A DNA stretch of 63,266 bases, filler included, from Choristocarpus tenellus KU-1152 (taxonomy: Eukaryota > Protista > Phaeophyceae): NCBI GenBank assembly GCA_964200185.2. It is 12 parts of 12 records of this genome, joined end to end, with 100 filler letters (N's around TTAATTAATTAA, not from the genome) between each part and the next. Parts side by side here need not be neighbours in the genome. Positions count along the whole stretch, not along the records: positions 49,465 to 55,834 come from CAXNAD020008285.1; positions 55,935 to 59,825 come from CAXNAD020017323.1; positions 59,926 to 63,266 come from CAXNAD020020694.1; 9 more parts are not named here. One strand, written 5' to 3'. Shown one piece after another: positions 51,532-63,266 of this stretch. The notes under the pieces are model-generated. The model was not told the origin of the DNA and ran no database searches. It saw only the letters and a program-made list of their open reading frames with translations. Each line of letters opens with the position of its first letter. Positions within the stretch are counted from its first letter, which is position 1. A program made the translations under genes and the position numbers.

Positions 51532-54500
51532 ATGCGACGCACACCTGCCCGCCCTGGGGGGCAAGGAAAGAAGCCCTCAGGGTCTAGTTTCAAGATCACA
51601 TACAGCGTGAGTCAACTGCTGACCATGGGCAAGGCTGAACAGGCAGAGCGAGCGGAGAAGGCAAAGAAGTCTGAAAAGATTGAGAATACAGAGAACAATG
51701 AAACACAGGAGGATGATGGGGGTAAGGGGGGGGGAGAGGAGGAAAAGAGTGATGTGTTGGAGGGATGGCAGAAATTTGGGTACAGCAATATCAGGTGAGA
51801 GACTTTGGTGAATGGATATAGAACTGGGCATGGTTATGGTAAGAATGAGTGACCAATCTTGTGCTCGACGGATGGCAAATCTTTGCTTCCATCACCTGAT
51901 TTTTGGTTTTACAAAGTCATAAGGGTAGCAGTTGAATCTATTGTGTTCCACCAAAAGAGCTTGTACTATTTTGTTTTGGAAGGGGAAGGGAGCCCAAAAT
52001 GGGGAGTGAGCCATATGTGTTAGATGCTGATGTTGAACATGTTGTGAGGAGTATTGTTACAAATGTCCTTGTTGTGCTGTACATTTTTTTTGGTATGCTG
52101 TCCATGGGTCGTTGGGATAATCATTGCATGGCCTTGTCCTTTGATTATATCCCACCATTATAGGGAGATATTATTGTTGGTCCTTCCTCACAAGAAACTG
52201 GTGACATTTGAGATTCTTTGAAGCCATCTCTTGTCTGCTCTGCCCATGAAAGACTGAAGAGAGGTTTGGTGGTAACTGAGGGAACATCTCTTGAATGCAA
52301 TCTGTGCTTATTCCATCACATAATTAGTTTCACGTCTATAACCCTGTTCTGAGTCATTGGCCCTTTCACCACTTGGGTGTCATTTTGGTGTGGTCTTGAC
52401 ACAGAGCTTAAGTCTCCTAGACGTAATATGTAGGTTATGTTAGCCATTATCACTCTTTCAACTATTATCTTCTCATGAGGCTATGTTACTGCCAGGATTA
52501 TCTTTTAATTCCTTCATAGTGAGCCAGTAACTCTGCAACTATCTTCTTAGAGTGAGGGAGTCTGCCTATGCAGTTTCATCATACTAAGAGTTTCTAGAGT
52601 TCTTGACCCCTGTTGCCCACAGCACAAGCAATGGGCCTTGTGTACTCACATGTACCAAGAAAGTAGATGTTGCAAGCTCCTCCTGAATACAGCTCTGCTG
52701 TGACAGGTTCTGTTTCAGTGTATTTGGACTTGAAGTCACTTTAAGGCAGTTCCCCTCTCGTGTAGAACTGAGTAAAAGGCAAGGATGTCATAGTACCCTT
52801 TGAGGGCTGGTGGTTAATTTTGTTGTGTCCACTGCTGTGTCTACCTAACCAGGGTATTAAGTCTTGCCTTGCCTGATTTTGCTCAGCTGGACAACATTGC
52901 TGTCAAATAGTCTGGTGACAATGTCATGAGTGTATCATGGTTTGACTTAGTGTGGTAGGTGATTTCATGCATATTTCCGCACCTTCTCACCCTTGAGTGT
53001 TTTTTCATGGTGGCCATCCCCAATTGTTTTTGCTTGATTTTCTGGAGACTGCCAGTCCAAATCCGAGCCCCAATGTTTAGTGTTCGGTACCTGAATTCAA
53101 TTTAATGCGTGATAACACCAGTTGTATATTTTCCATCTCTTTTATGTCATGGTATGCAGAAAATAGGTGATTGTGGTAGGGAAAGAGTGCGTCCTCCTCT
53201 GCTTATCTTGAGCATGAGGCCCCATTGTTGTGTCTTCCTTACCCCTTTACATCCTATTGGTCTTAGCCCTATTCACATGATAGCCCAATCTCCATTCTTC
53301 TCCAATAATTTACCTCACCTTGATCCTTTCCCATCCCTTTTGTGGTCTCTACAGTCCATTACTACCTGAGGATGGATCCCACGCCCCACCTGCACACAAG
53401 CTGAAGGAGGCCATGCAGAACCTCAAGCTTAGGCCAGGGTCGGCTCGAGATTTCCATGCAGACTACCTTGCTGCCCTAGCGGAGGCTGGACCGGGGAATG
53501 GGGACCTGGCAGCACAGGCACAGAGGGGAACACGCAGCACACTTGCACTTACTGGGGGGGCAAGAGGAGGCTTGGACAGGTGTGTGTGTGTGTGTGTGTG
53601 TGTGCAAGGAGGAAGGCGTTGGGAAAAAGGTTGAAGGAGGTGCTGAACAATGATATTAGTTGTTTTACAAGGGTTACTGGTGAATGAGGGTCTGGGAGGT
53701 TTGAGGTCAAGGTTAGACCAGAGATGAGAGCACTTCCTCCTCTCTTCCCCCTCTTAATCCAGTTTCAATGCTCTTAATCCAATTTCAATGCCCACAGCCC
53801 CCCGCTTTCTGGGTATCATGCACATGATAATTCAAATATGCAACACAAACAAGGAGGAGGGGAGGTGATGTGGGATAAGATACTCGGAGGGTTACTGTGA
53901 TATTTTACATGAGTGTTGTATTGTGACTGCATTCTGCATTTCTTTTTAAGGTTTGTTGATTTGATTGCTCTCTTGTGCTGACTATTGTACACAGAGCTTG
54001 TATTTCTGAGAGCATGGCCTTATTCTGTTCTTTGTTTTCTTTTTAACCTTTTTCTTGTCTGCTTCCCTGAGGTGGACATGAAAGATGAAGTACATGTTCC
54101 TGGATTTGATGATACCTGATCGTTTTCCTGTCTTTTTCTAGTCTTTAGACCTGCTTGTATCCCACTCCGCTAATCTTGTTCAAAATATATCATGCCCCCA
54201 CCCTTGGGGGGTTGCACTTTGATGATGCCATAGGGATGAGTTTAATAAGAGAGTTGTAATATGATGTAAGTTCGTGAGATGCACCTGATCCTCACAAAGA
54301 TCAAGTTAGAATCATTCTGTTAACTGCATCAGAACTAGACCTGTACGGTGATCATTTTGTTGGTACATGGGATAGGGTGGCTTGAAGGAGTAGTAGAGCA
54401 TGTTGCCCTACATACCTTAACCAGGCGCCCTTGCCTCATTGGACCTTCCCCACCTCTGAGTCACCACCTAGACACATCTTGTCATTGTATCTCAATACCT

Positions 54501-55379
54501 TGTCTTTTTTTCTTTATCTTTCAGGGGAAGGGGTGATAGAGATAGGGGTGTGCAAGGACGTTATGACAGAGGGGACAGAGATCGACATGCTGAGAAGTGA
54601 GTGAACTCAAGCCGACTGTGGGGAGCAAGAATTTTAGGTTAAGCATATGGAAAAAAATAGTTGGAATATGGGTGTCTTTCTACCATGCCGCTTCAGTCAC
54701 AGAAATCCCACCACCTCATACTAACTTACCTCTCATGATAATGACACTTTAATAACTCACATAATTTACTGCTCCTTGCACCTCATGTTAAATCTTATCT
54801 CTTCCTACTCATATTCAGAGTACATTGTATTTATTCTAGTACTGGAAAGCATTGCTGTATGTTGATGCCTCACTCCCCAATCAACCCTCTTGTTCAACTA
54901 ATATCAACTGCTACGAGCCTTACCGAAGGTGGCCACAAGTTTCCTAGGTCTAGCTATGCCATTTTGTGATATTTTGCTCACTTCCCAGTCCATTTAATAT
55001 TTTTCCTGTCATGCATTATTTATTTCACATTATGTATCATATCATTGCAGTGACAGGGTAGGGGGGGGAAGGGGAGGAGCTGGGGCCCCGTCGAGGGGTC
55101 CATCACGCTGGGATGCGCTCCGACCTGACAGGGAGAGGGACCGAGGCTACAATAATCGTACCAATAGGGAACGGGATGTGGATGGTGTTGGGGGGGGGAA
55201 TGGGAGGGAAGGGGGTGCAGGTGGACGGCATGGGGGCAGAAATGGAAGGGAGAGGGGAGACAGGGGTGGGCATGAGGAGAGTGGTGGGGGCAGCATGGAG
55301 CTTTGGGATATGCCTGAAAGTGCCTTGCCTGGCAAGGGTAGTGGGGAAGGAGGTGGTTCTGGTGTGGAGGCGTTATCAG
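51532..55379 (+). CDS. GIGYF-like / eIF4E-family-binding RGG-rich protein, N-terminal exons
   Basis: Phase-consistent exons 51532-51794, 53355-53579, 54525-54596 and 55051-55379; ITYSVSQLL (YxxxxLphi), SPLLPE, STLALTGGARGG, RD/RGG-rich tract, MELWDMP. The gene structure is solid; the family call is inference. Confidence 0.7.
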
Positions 55380-55934
55380 GTAGCCAGTGGGCTAGTTTGT
55401 GTGCTCTATTTTGTGGTATACCTGCTTACAAATCTTGAGAATGGTATGAGTGAATTGGTGTGGTTGGGGGGTCAGGGTATAGGTGGATGATGTTGGGAGA
55501 GCTACTCAACTACAGGTGGAAATCAGTTTGGTGCTAAAGACTGCTTGTTTTTGTTTGTAATGCGATGAAGGTGTGTGTCGTAGAAACAGTAGTGAAGGAT
55601 TCTGTAGGCTTGTATTGAAAATCTTGTCTGCTTGGATTTGTGCATGTTTTAGTTTATGTACAAGCTGTGTGAGGCTGCTCTTTTCTGCTTTGTTGCTGTT
55701 ACCCTATTCAGTTCCTGTCTTGCTCAGGACAAGGAGTAAAATACTTCAACACACAAGAGATCATCCCTCAAGATATGTCCCACTCACCCTCCCCCCCCCC
55801 CCCTCCCCCCCTCCCCCCCCTGTGTCCCTTTTTTNNNNNNNNNNNNNNNNNNNNNNNNNNNNNNNNNNNNNNNNNNNNTTAATTAATTAANNNNNNNNNN
55901 NNNNNNNNNNNNNNNNNNNNNNNNNNNNNNNNNN

Positions 55935-58900
55935 CCCATCATCATAGTTGATGTCAAACGTGTCATCGGAGTTCACACGGCTAATCTTGCCTCTGTAGTA
56001 TTTCCCCCTTCCCCTATACCGCGCCTCCACCTTGTCCCCCTCTCTCATCTTCCCATTTCGTCCTGGTGATCTCACACTACCTTGAGATTCAAGAGGCCTG
56101 ATATGCTCCTGAGACAAGCCTATATCCTTCTCTCCATCATCATAGTTGATGTCAAACGTGTTATCGGAGTTCACACGGCTAATCTTGCCTCTGTAGTATT
56201 TCCCCCTTCCCCTATACCGCGCCTCCACCTTGTCTCCCTCTCCCAGCTTGTCGCCAATGTCTTGTGGTGATCTTCGTTCATTGTCTGAATCTAGGGGTTT
56301 GATATAGTCCTCAGCCACTCCTCTCTCCTTTTCTCCGTCATTGTAGTGTATGTCAAACGTTCCATCAGAATTTACTCGAGTAATCTTACCCTTGTAGTAT
56401 TTCCCCCTTCCCCTATACCGTGCCTCCACCTTGTTTCCCTCCCTCAGTGTGATTCCTTGTCTTTTGCCCCGATCATCATCACTATCTTGAAGCTCATGCC
56501 TGTGGGTGTTCTCTTGTGTCTGGCCATCCAGTGCACGCACCATGTCTTGAGGTACAGCCTTTTCCTTCTCCCCATCGTCATAGTCAATATTGAATGTGCC
56601 ATCAAGGTTTACACGTGCTACACGACCCTTGTAGTAGCGGCCCTTTCCATAGTAGTTGGCCTCCACTTTATCTCCTTCTAGCACTGCGCTACTGCCACCT
56701 CTACTTGACCGCCCATCCCTTGCTGACTCTAGGGACTTGACAAGATCTGCTTGGACATTCATCTCCTTTTCGCCATCATCATAATTGATGTCAAATGTGC
56801 CATTGGAGTTAACACGAGCAATCTTGCCCTTGTAGAACTTTCCTCGTCCTCTGTATTGTGCCTCCACCTTGTCACCTTTACTTAATCTGATATGGTACCT
56901 TCCCTGCTTATGGTCACTTTCAGATGACACATTAGTCATCAATGCCTTCCTTGTTCCTCCTTCCAATGTGCACACCATTTTTTGAGGCACACCACTTTCT
57001 TTGTCTCCATCGTCATAAATTATGTTGAATGTGCCATCCAAATTATTTTGTGTCACCCTACCCTTGTAGTATCTTCCCTTACCACGATAGTTAGCTTCAA
57101 CCTCATCTCCAACCCTTATCTTTCCAGCCCTTTCTTGGTCAGATTGAGGACTCCCTCTACTCTCTAGACTCTTGATATGCTCCATACCTAGTCCCCTTTC
57201 TTTCTCCCCATCATCGTAGTCAATATCGACAGTACCGTCAGAGTTAACTCGAGAAATCTTGCCAACATAGTATTTTCCTCTGCCTTTGTACCTGGCCTCT
57301 ACTCTGTGCCCCTTCCTAAGGGAATCGATTTCTTCAGGGTCCTTGTAACGAGATCTTGCAACCTTCGTTTCATCCGGGGCACTTCGGTTAAGGGAACGTA
57401 TCATACCTTCCGAAACATCACGCTCCTTCTCTCCATCATCATAGTTGATATTGAACGTGCCGTCCAGGTTTACATGTGCTACGCGACCCCTGTGGTAGCG
57501 ACCCTTGCCACGGTAGTTAGCTTCAACTTTATCTCCCTCAAGAAAAGTTTGACAATCACCTCTAGTAGGCTTGCTAGATCTTGCAGACTCTAAAGGCCTG
57601 ATATTCTCCTGAGCTAGCCCCTTCTCGTTTTCGCCATCATCGTAGTTAATGTCAAATGTGCCATCTGAATGCACGTAAGCAATCTTTCCCTTGTAATACT
57701 TACCCCTTCCCTTGTACCTGGCCTCCACCTTTTCTCCCTCTCTGAAACCACCACCATCATGTTCTATGTGGCCCCTTGCTTTTCTATCCCTCTCTGTATC
57801 TTCACTATCTCTCTCTCTGCCCCTGTTTGTGGTTCCCCCTTCTTGCTTGGATATGCCTCTGTCAACAAAACTGTCGCTGTCCCTAGCTCTGTCCCTTTCA
57901 TATCTCTTGTCTTTATATCTGCTTGGGGATGTGCTTCGATGATGCCAGCTCCGATTGGTGGCGGAAGCGTCGACATCACTACTACTCCCATGTCCGTAAT
58001 ACTTCCCCCTAGTCGCTCTATGAGGAGATGACCTGTAGGAGGTAAGATTATATTTAGACCCAAATTCGATGTAGTTGATCCAAGAAGAATTGTACTATAG
58101 ACATGCATTCAAATTTCAATGGATGAATTTTTGCCCTTGATCTTACTTGATCTTAGACACGAATACTGTTAATTTCATGTCCAGGCCGTGGAAAAATGAG
58201 GAAGGAACGTGGAGTCACTCTGGTCATCATTGAATACAACCTAGTGCCCTGCAACGACTGGGATATTTTTGATTCTGTAGTGAATTAGTGGCACTGATAA
58301 CTGGATAAACAAATGCTGGGTGGTATGGTTGGTGATGTGGCTGGCAATAGGTGCTGTGCATGGACAATTCTTCTGAACTTCAACTTGCGCTGTACATGGC
58401 ATACCATATCAAAGTCCAGACCAATTTGCAAGGGCATGACATGTCCGTATTTTTCTGTCTCCGCAGAGTAGCCCACAATAGTAATAAAATGGTTATATCG
58501 AGACCTACCATGTAGTACATTGAAACTGCAACAATTTCCATTTGAAGTTGTACGTTTGCCTGACTCTACAGTATTGCAGACATTTCCCTGTCAAGACTTG
58601 TTTCTAACTACTGGACATCCAAGAGGCAGTTCTATTGCTCTAGCAGGGCATCAACTGCTGTACATGCTGAACGAAAAATTGGATTTAATTCACTTTGGAA
58701 CTGCATGTGTGGCATTAATGGGATCATGGGGCTGCATAGCAATAATTTTGCAGGATACAACCCTTCTCTCCTCCTGAAGTACTTTTCTTATGTCGCAGAA
58801 AAAATATTGTCAAAGAGCAACATGGGGAAAAATGCAGATTGAAGTGTTATATGTCCATGAGCACACAAGGTTTGCGGGAAGATTAGCTTGAGATTAGAAA

Positions 58901-59709
58901 ACCCACGCCTAATTCTCCTCCCCTCAGAATAATTTCCAACTTCAACTAGGCTTGGACTGTGTGCTCCATGAAGTGTTTATGCACATGCTCTTGATAAGGT
59001 ACAGCAAGTGACAAGTCGCCTCTCACATCAATGACTCTTAGCCACTTCAGACCTGTACCTCCTTCAAACCTACTTCACACCTTGAACGACTTGATCTTGA
59101 GTGCCTTGTCGACTCCCGACCCCTGCACCACCGGGCTGCACTTCTGTTGGTGGGTCCAACCCCGTCGGAATCTTCTGTATCTGGATCATACCGTTGTCTG
59201 CATTTATGTGACCTGGAATGGTCTCTATCTTCACTCTCCCGCCGAGTGGAGTACTCCAGGGCCGATACTGCCTCTTCAAGTGAGCCTCGGCGACCCATCC
59301 GACTATCTTTACCCTTGATTTCGCTGACTTGGCGTTTCCTCTCCTCACCTGCTTCGTTGCTGCTCTCCTCATAGCTGCTTTCAGAGCAACTAGTGGAGCA
59401 TACACCGTCCCTGCCATGTCTTCTTCCATGGTCTTTAGCCCATCTATTGTGCCCCAAACACCAGCTTTTGCTCCTGCTTCTATGCTCCTGGCCTCCCTGC
59501 CCATGACTCCAGGTTTCCTGCATCAATCGATCCCAAGTGCTCCTTCTCCCCCTGTCTGGCTTCCTGCATTCTTGCTTTTTTCGTCTCCTTGAGCTTTTGC
59601 GGTTACCGCTGCTTGAGAAAGTGGCAGGAGCAAAGCCTGCCAGGGTGAGGGTTCCTGAGTCATGCATACCTAGAACTGCCATGGCTCGGAGAAACTCATA
59701 AAACGTGAC
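55935..59709 (-). CDS. EF-hand plus tandem Tudor-like (SH3-barrel) repeat protein, internal exons
   Basis: Exon 59081-59709 (VTFYEFLRAM, an EF-hand exit helix, then an R/S-rich tract) joins in phase to exon 55935-58032, which holds >=9 repeats of GDKVEA(R/N)YxG(R/K)G(K/R)YYxG(K/R)(I/V)xRVNxDGTFxIxYDDGEKE. Truncated by the contig end. Confidence 0.9.
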
Positions 59710-59784
59710 CTGCATATTAAAAAAAATGGCAAAGAAATTACAGGACTTTAAAGCAAACAAATCACTTGGAACGGGGATGTGGGA

Positions 59785-59825
59785 GGCTCAAAGTATCTTG
59801 GAGGGGGTGGCAGCTGTCCATTTGG
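59785..59825. mobile_element. MITE family B end, truncated by contig end
   Basis: GGCTCAAAGTATCTTGGAGGGGGTGGCAGCTGTCCATTTGG. Confidence 0.8.
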
Positions 59826-59925
59826 NNNNNNNNNNNNNNNNNNNNNNNNNNNNNNNNNNNNNNNNNNNNTTAATTAATTAANNNNNNNNNNNNNNNNNNN
59901 NNNNNNNNNNNNNNNNNNNNNNNNN

Positions 59926-62900
59926 AGGTGTAGTTTCCTTGTCCTGTAATTAGTGACCCCCTCCATTAGCCCTAGGGCAAACGGCTCCTTGTCCTGTAGC
60001 AGAGCCCTGTTCACCCCAAACCTAAAGGACGTCATGAGGACCTGTGGTTCTGAGAACGCCTCCCTGAGTATTGTATCAAAACCACGAGGTAAAACTGTGT
60101 CTGCATGAAGGAAGAGCAGAAGGTCACCTGACGCCAATCTAGCACCTGCATTCAATGCAGGCCCACGACCTCCTGTTGATGTTGTTGTACTGGTTGGAAG
60201 TTTGGAGGGGCCAGGGGGGGGGCGGGGGGGGGGTTATCATCTTTTGTGTGTGAAGTTTTGAGGTTGTTGACACATTATTACTGCAGGTAGGGGGGAGGGG
60301 ACCGCAAGCACGAGGTGTAACTTCAGTCACATATATATGTATGTATGTGTGTATGTATGTGTGTATGTATGTGTGTATGTATATAAATACGAAGATTCCA
60401 ACCTTTTATCCTATCAGTTGTGTACTCTCCACACCCCACTCTCCACACCCCATTCTCCACCTTGCCAATGCCGTAGCGAACCATCCCGTCGAATTCACCC
60501 CAACACCACCCCAACACCACCCCAACACTTCTCTGTGCTTGCCTTCATCAAGAGCACACCGGGCGTGTGCGTGTGACAATTTTAAGCAATTTTATCAATG
60601 TCATGCTTTACATGCTTTACATGCTCCAGTTTTAGCATCTGTGGATGGGTCAACGAGGGCATCAACGGTACCACTAATTGGGGGGACCGGGAAGCAAACC
60701 TGATGGGAATCTTGATCTTCATCGAAGCCACAGCCTCCATGGTATGATCCTTACATCCCCCATCCACCACAATCACCTCAATGCGCTTCTTGTCCTGCAA
60801 CAGAAGGTACACAGGGGAGCGGGGGCAGGGGCGGGGGGCGGGGGCGGGGGCGGGGGCAGGCGGGCGGGGCGGAGGAGGTGGGAGGGGGCACACAAAAGAG
60901 AGCATGCACACAGTAGTCCTGGACATTCATGAAAAAATATATATATATATATTTATTTATCATTCTGTTTTTTTGTTCCCCTGTCCTTTCCATACTTTGG
61001 TACACGGGCTGCAATGTCTTGGCAAGAGCTGGGGTTAGGTTTAGGATTAGGGTTAGGAAATGCACAAGAAAAAAAAGGGGTTGAGGATAATAAATATATG
61101 AATTGAAAGACACTCTCGCTGAAGGCGTACTACTTTGTAAAGGTAAAAATAAAATAAAATAAAAAGTACCTTAGCTGCAGTTGTTTACCCTCGCGGTTCA
61201 GGTTTGACCCTGATACCCCCCCTGATACCCATCTAGAAACTCCCGCCAAAAATGGCCAAAAATGTTTCATGACTTCACTTTTTACCCCCCCTTTCAATTC
61301 ATCTAAACATATTCGTTGCGTTGTACACGGCCCTGCTTTCACCGATACCTGCTTCCATCCGGCCAAAAACACACCCTAACCCTAACCCTTGACCAAGACT
61401 TCCAAAAACAAGTCTGATAAATGGTGGGCATTTTCTTTTTTTTCGTTGGATAAATGTAATGCGTTGGATGAAGCAAACAGGGCAGGTCAAGGCATGAAAT
61501 TCAACTACCAACTCATTTCCCAAGCGCAACAAGTCCTCCACGACAGGAGCATTGCCATGATTATCTACATACACGAGAACCAGGCCTGTCCTTGTTTCGT
61601 GTGTCCCACAAGTACTGTAGTAAAATCTAGGTATCGGTTGAAGGTTTATCTGCTCTATGGTACAACAGCTGTTCCACGGCGAGCGTTTTGATGGGGGGTA
61701 GTTTTGTTCTGTGGCACAGGTAGTGGAGAAACCTTGAACATTGTGGTATGCGTATCATTGTTCAGCAACGAATCTGACAAGAAAGTGACTGCCAAGATAA
61801 GGAGGTGTACGTATATTGCATCCCACTTGGTGTGTGAGGAGGAGCGATCACGAGTTTGGCATTCCATCGGCGGGACTCATCGCATCGACACAAAAGGCTT
61901 GCCTGAATGTGACTAATAAAATAAGCAAAATCCAGTATATTACTCATACAGAGTTTGGGAGTGATTGCAACAAGTGGTTGGTAGGCACAAGATCGTGCTG
62001 CATTAGCGCGTAACAAGACGAATCCACAACATCAACTTCGCGTCACAGATATGAACAGGAAGGTTACATGCTGTGATGCAAACGCAACATGTGAGCTGGA
62101 GATAAATTTTTGCACATCTTGACAACCCTAACTCATATCAAAAAAACAAAAACGCCTTTAAATTAGGCGATTAAACAAACGGTAAATCATGGAGTTCGAA
62201 GAGGGGAGCCTCGAAAGGTATAGTCAACCGCACAAACATGTCCACATTTTGAAGGGTCAAGGAATTCGCAGAACTGGGGTGACAAAAATTGACCCAGGTT
62301 CAGAAAGCAGTAATCTGCAGGAGGAGACAGAGATCACAACTCGAGTACAAGAATAGGCAATGTTGTGCACATATAAAGGGAGTGTGTCACTTCATGTGAT
62401 TCAGACTAAAACGAGGTTGTACTGAAGTTTCAAATTTGCTACACGAACAGCGCATATACTCTGTATATCGCTACCGCAGTCTTTTTATGCAGTTAGATTA
62501 TACTGGGATTGAGGTTCCAATCGCGAGTAGTACATCGAGTGGAGAATATGACGACTGGTGCTACTACACTTTCCTACGGTCAAGGAACATCGCGTGCAGC
62601 GTGAACGTAAACCGATTAAAACACGACATCAGAGGAAAACAGGCGGAACTGACCTCTGCCATCTCATCGACGGTTGAAAGGGTGAGCTTGATACCATCGC
62701 CTTCGTTGTACGCCGGTATCACCACTGTCACCATTCCTGCACCGAGGTGACTCTCAGTTGGAGGAGTAAGGCGTGGAGAATCATCCTTACTCTTGTACAG
62801 AAGCAACCTATACGACGGATGGAGTTGGATTATTGGATTTGGGCAAGGTGAGAGGAGTGAAACAACTCGAGTAAATAGTATGTTCAAAAGGCGATGAAGA

Positions 62901-63018
62901 AGGGTTAGGATGCTGGTAAACTGGCTATACGAAAGCAAGCTAAAGATACTCAAGGGAATAACAATCACCTCCACACGATGAACCCCAGGGCAATCACCAC
63001 CAACAAGTAGAGATTCAT
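59926..63018 (-). CDS. Membrane-anchored family-2 glycosyltransferase, TIGR04283-like (rSAM/arsenosugar-associated); 3' end truncated
   Basis: Phase-consistent exons 62969-63018 (MNLYLLVVIALGFIVWR), 62654-62807 (..VTVVIPAYNEG..), 60700-60794 (IEVIVVDGGCKDHT) and 59926-60189 (GGRGPALNAGARLASGDLLLFLHADTVLPRGF..SFRFGV..MEGVTNYRTRKLH). Confidence 0.88.
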
Positions 63019-63266
63019 CGCTCGATCTACACACTATTGTATAAGGGATGCATATGATCTCAACAAACATAAATCATATTATACATATTAAATTTTTATT
63101 AATATGCCCTCTGACATTTTTTCAGATGTGTCGGGGGAAACCAATGAAAATAATGTATACATATTATTAGACCTAAAGAAATAATATATCCTAAAGTGAG
63201 AGTTTATGAAGTAAACTGAGTTTTGTGGGCGGGAGAATTCTGGTTGGCTGGGGGCACAGGACAAGA

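Noticed and set aside
12-59825. Dispersed repeats as a CRISPR-like array or attC-like cassette sites
   Set aside because: They occur in both orientations at irregular spacing, with TIRs, TSDs and conserved interiors, which are MITE features.
10183-59925. Regularly recurring TTAATTAATTAA palindrome as a biological repeat, and the gene set as a cluster or operon
   Set aside because: The motif is always centred in ~100-nt N spacers, so it is a scaffolding linker. Genes on different contigs cannot be treated as linked.

Overview
This is intron-rich eukaryotic DNA, most consistent with a brown alga or related stramenopile (inferred from the gene families, GT-AG introns of 0.1-2 kb, CCCTAA tracts, and RTE/Copia debris). 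It is not one locus. Twelve short contigs are joined by artificial ~100-nt spacers (N44-TTAATTAATTAA-N44), so genes on different contigs are not known neighbours. By joining exons by hand and checking splice phase I reconstructed partial genes for: a Cys-rich multi-pass membrane protein, a double-bromodomain protein, an LRRC9-like protein, a GH16 beta-1,3-glucanase, a cytosolic-type tyrosyl-tRNA synthetase, a GIGYF-like YxxxxLphi/RGG protein, an EF-hand plus >=9 Tudor-like-repeat protein, and a membrane-anchored GT2 of the TIGR04283 (arsenosugar-associated) family. The non-coding part holds three related MITE families sharing a G-x-x-x-x-AAAGT terminus (about 21 copies, 3-4 bp TSDs), degenerate Ty1/Copia elements, RTE and older LINE remnants, a pogo-like transposase tail and a ~350-bp foldback element. 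All family assignments come from motifs recognised by eye; no database search was run.
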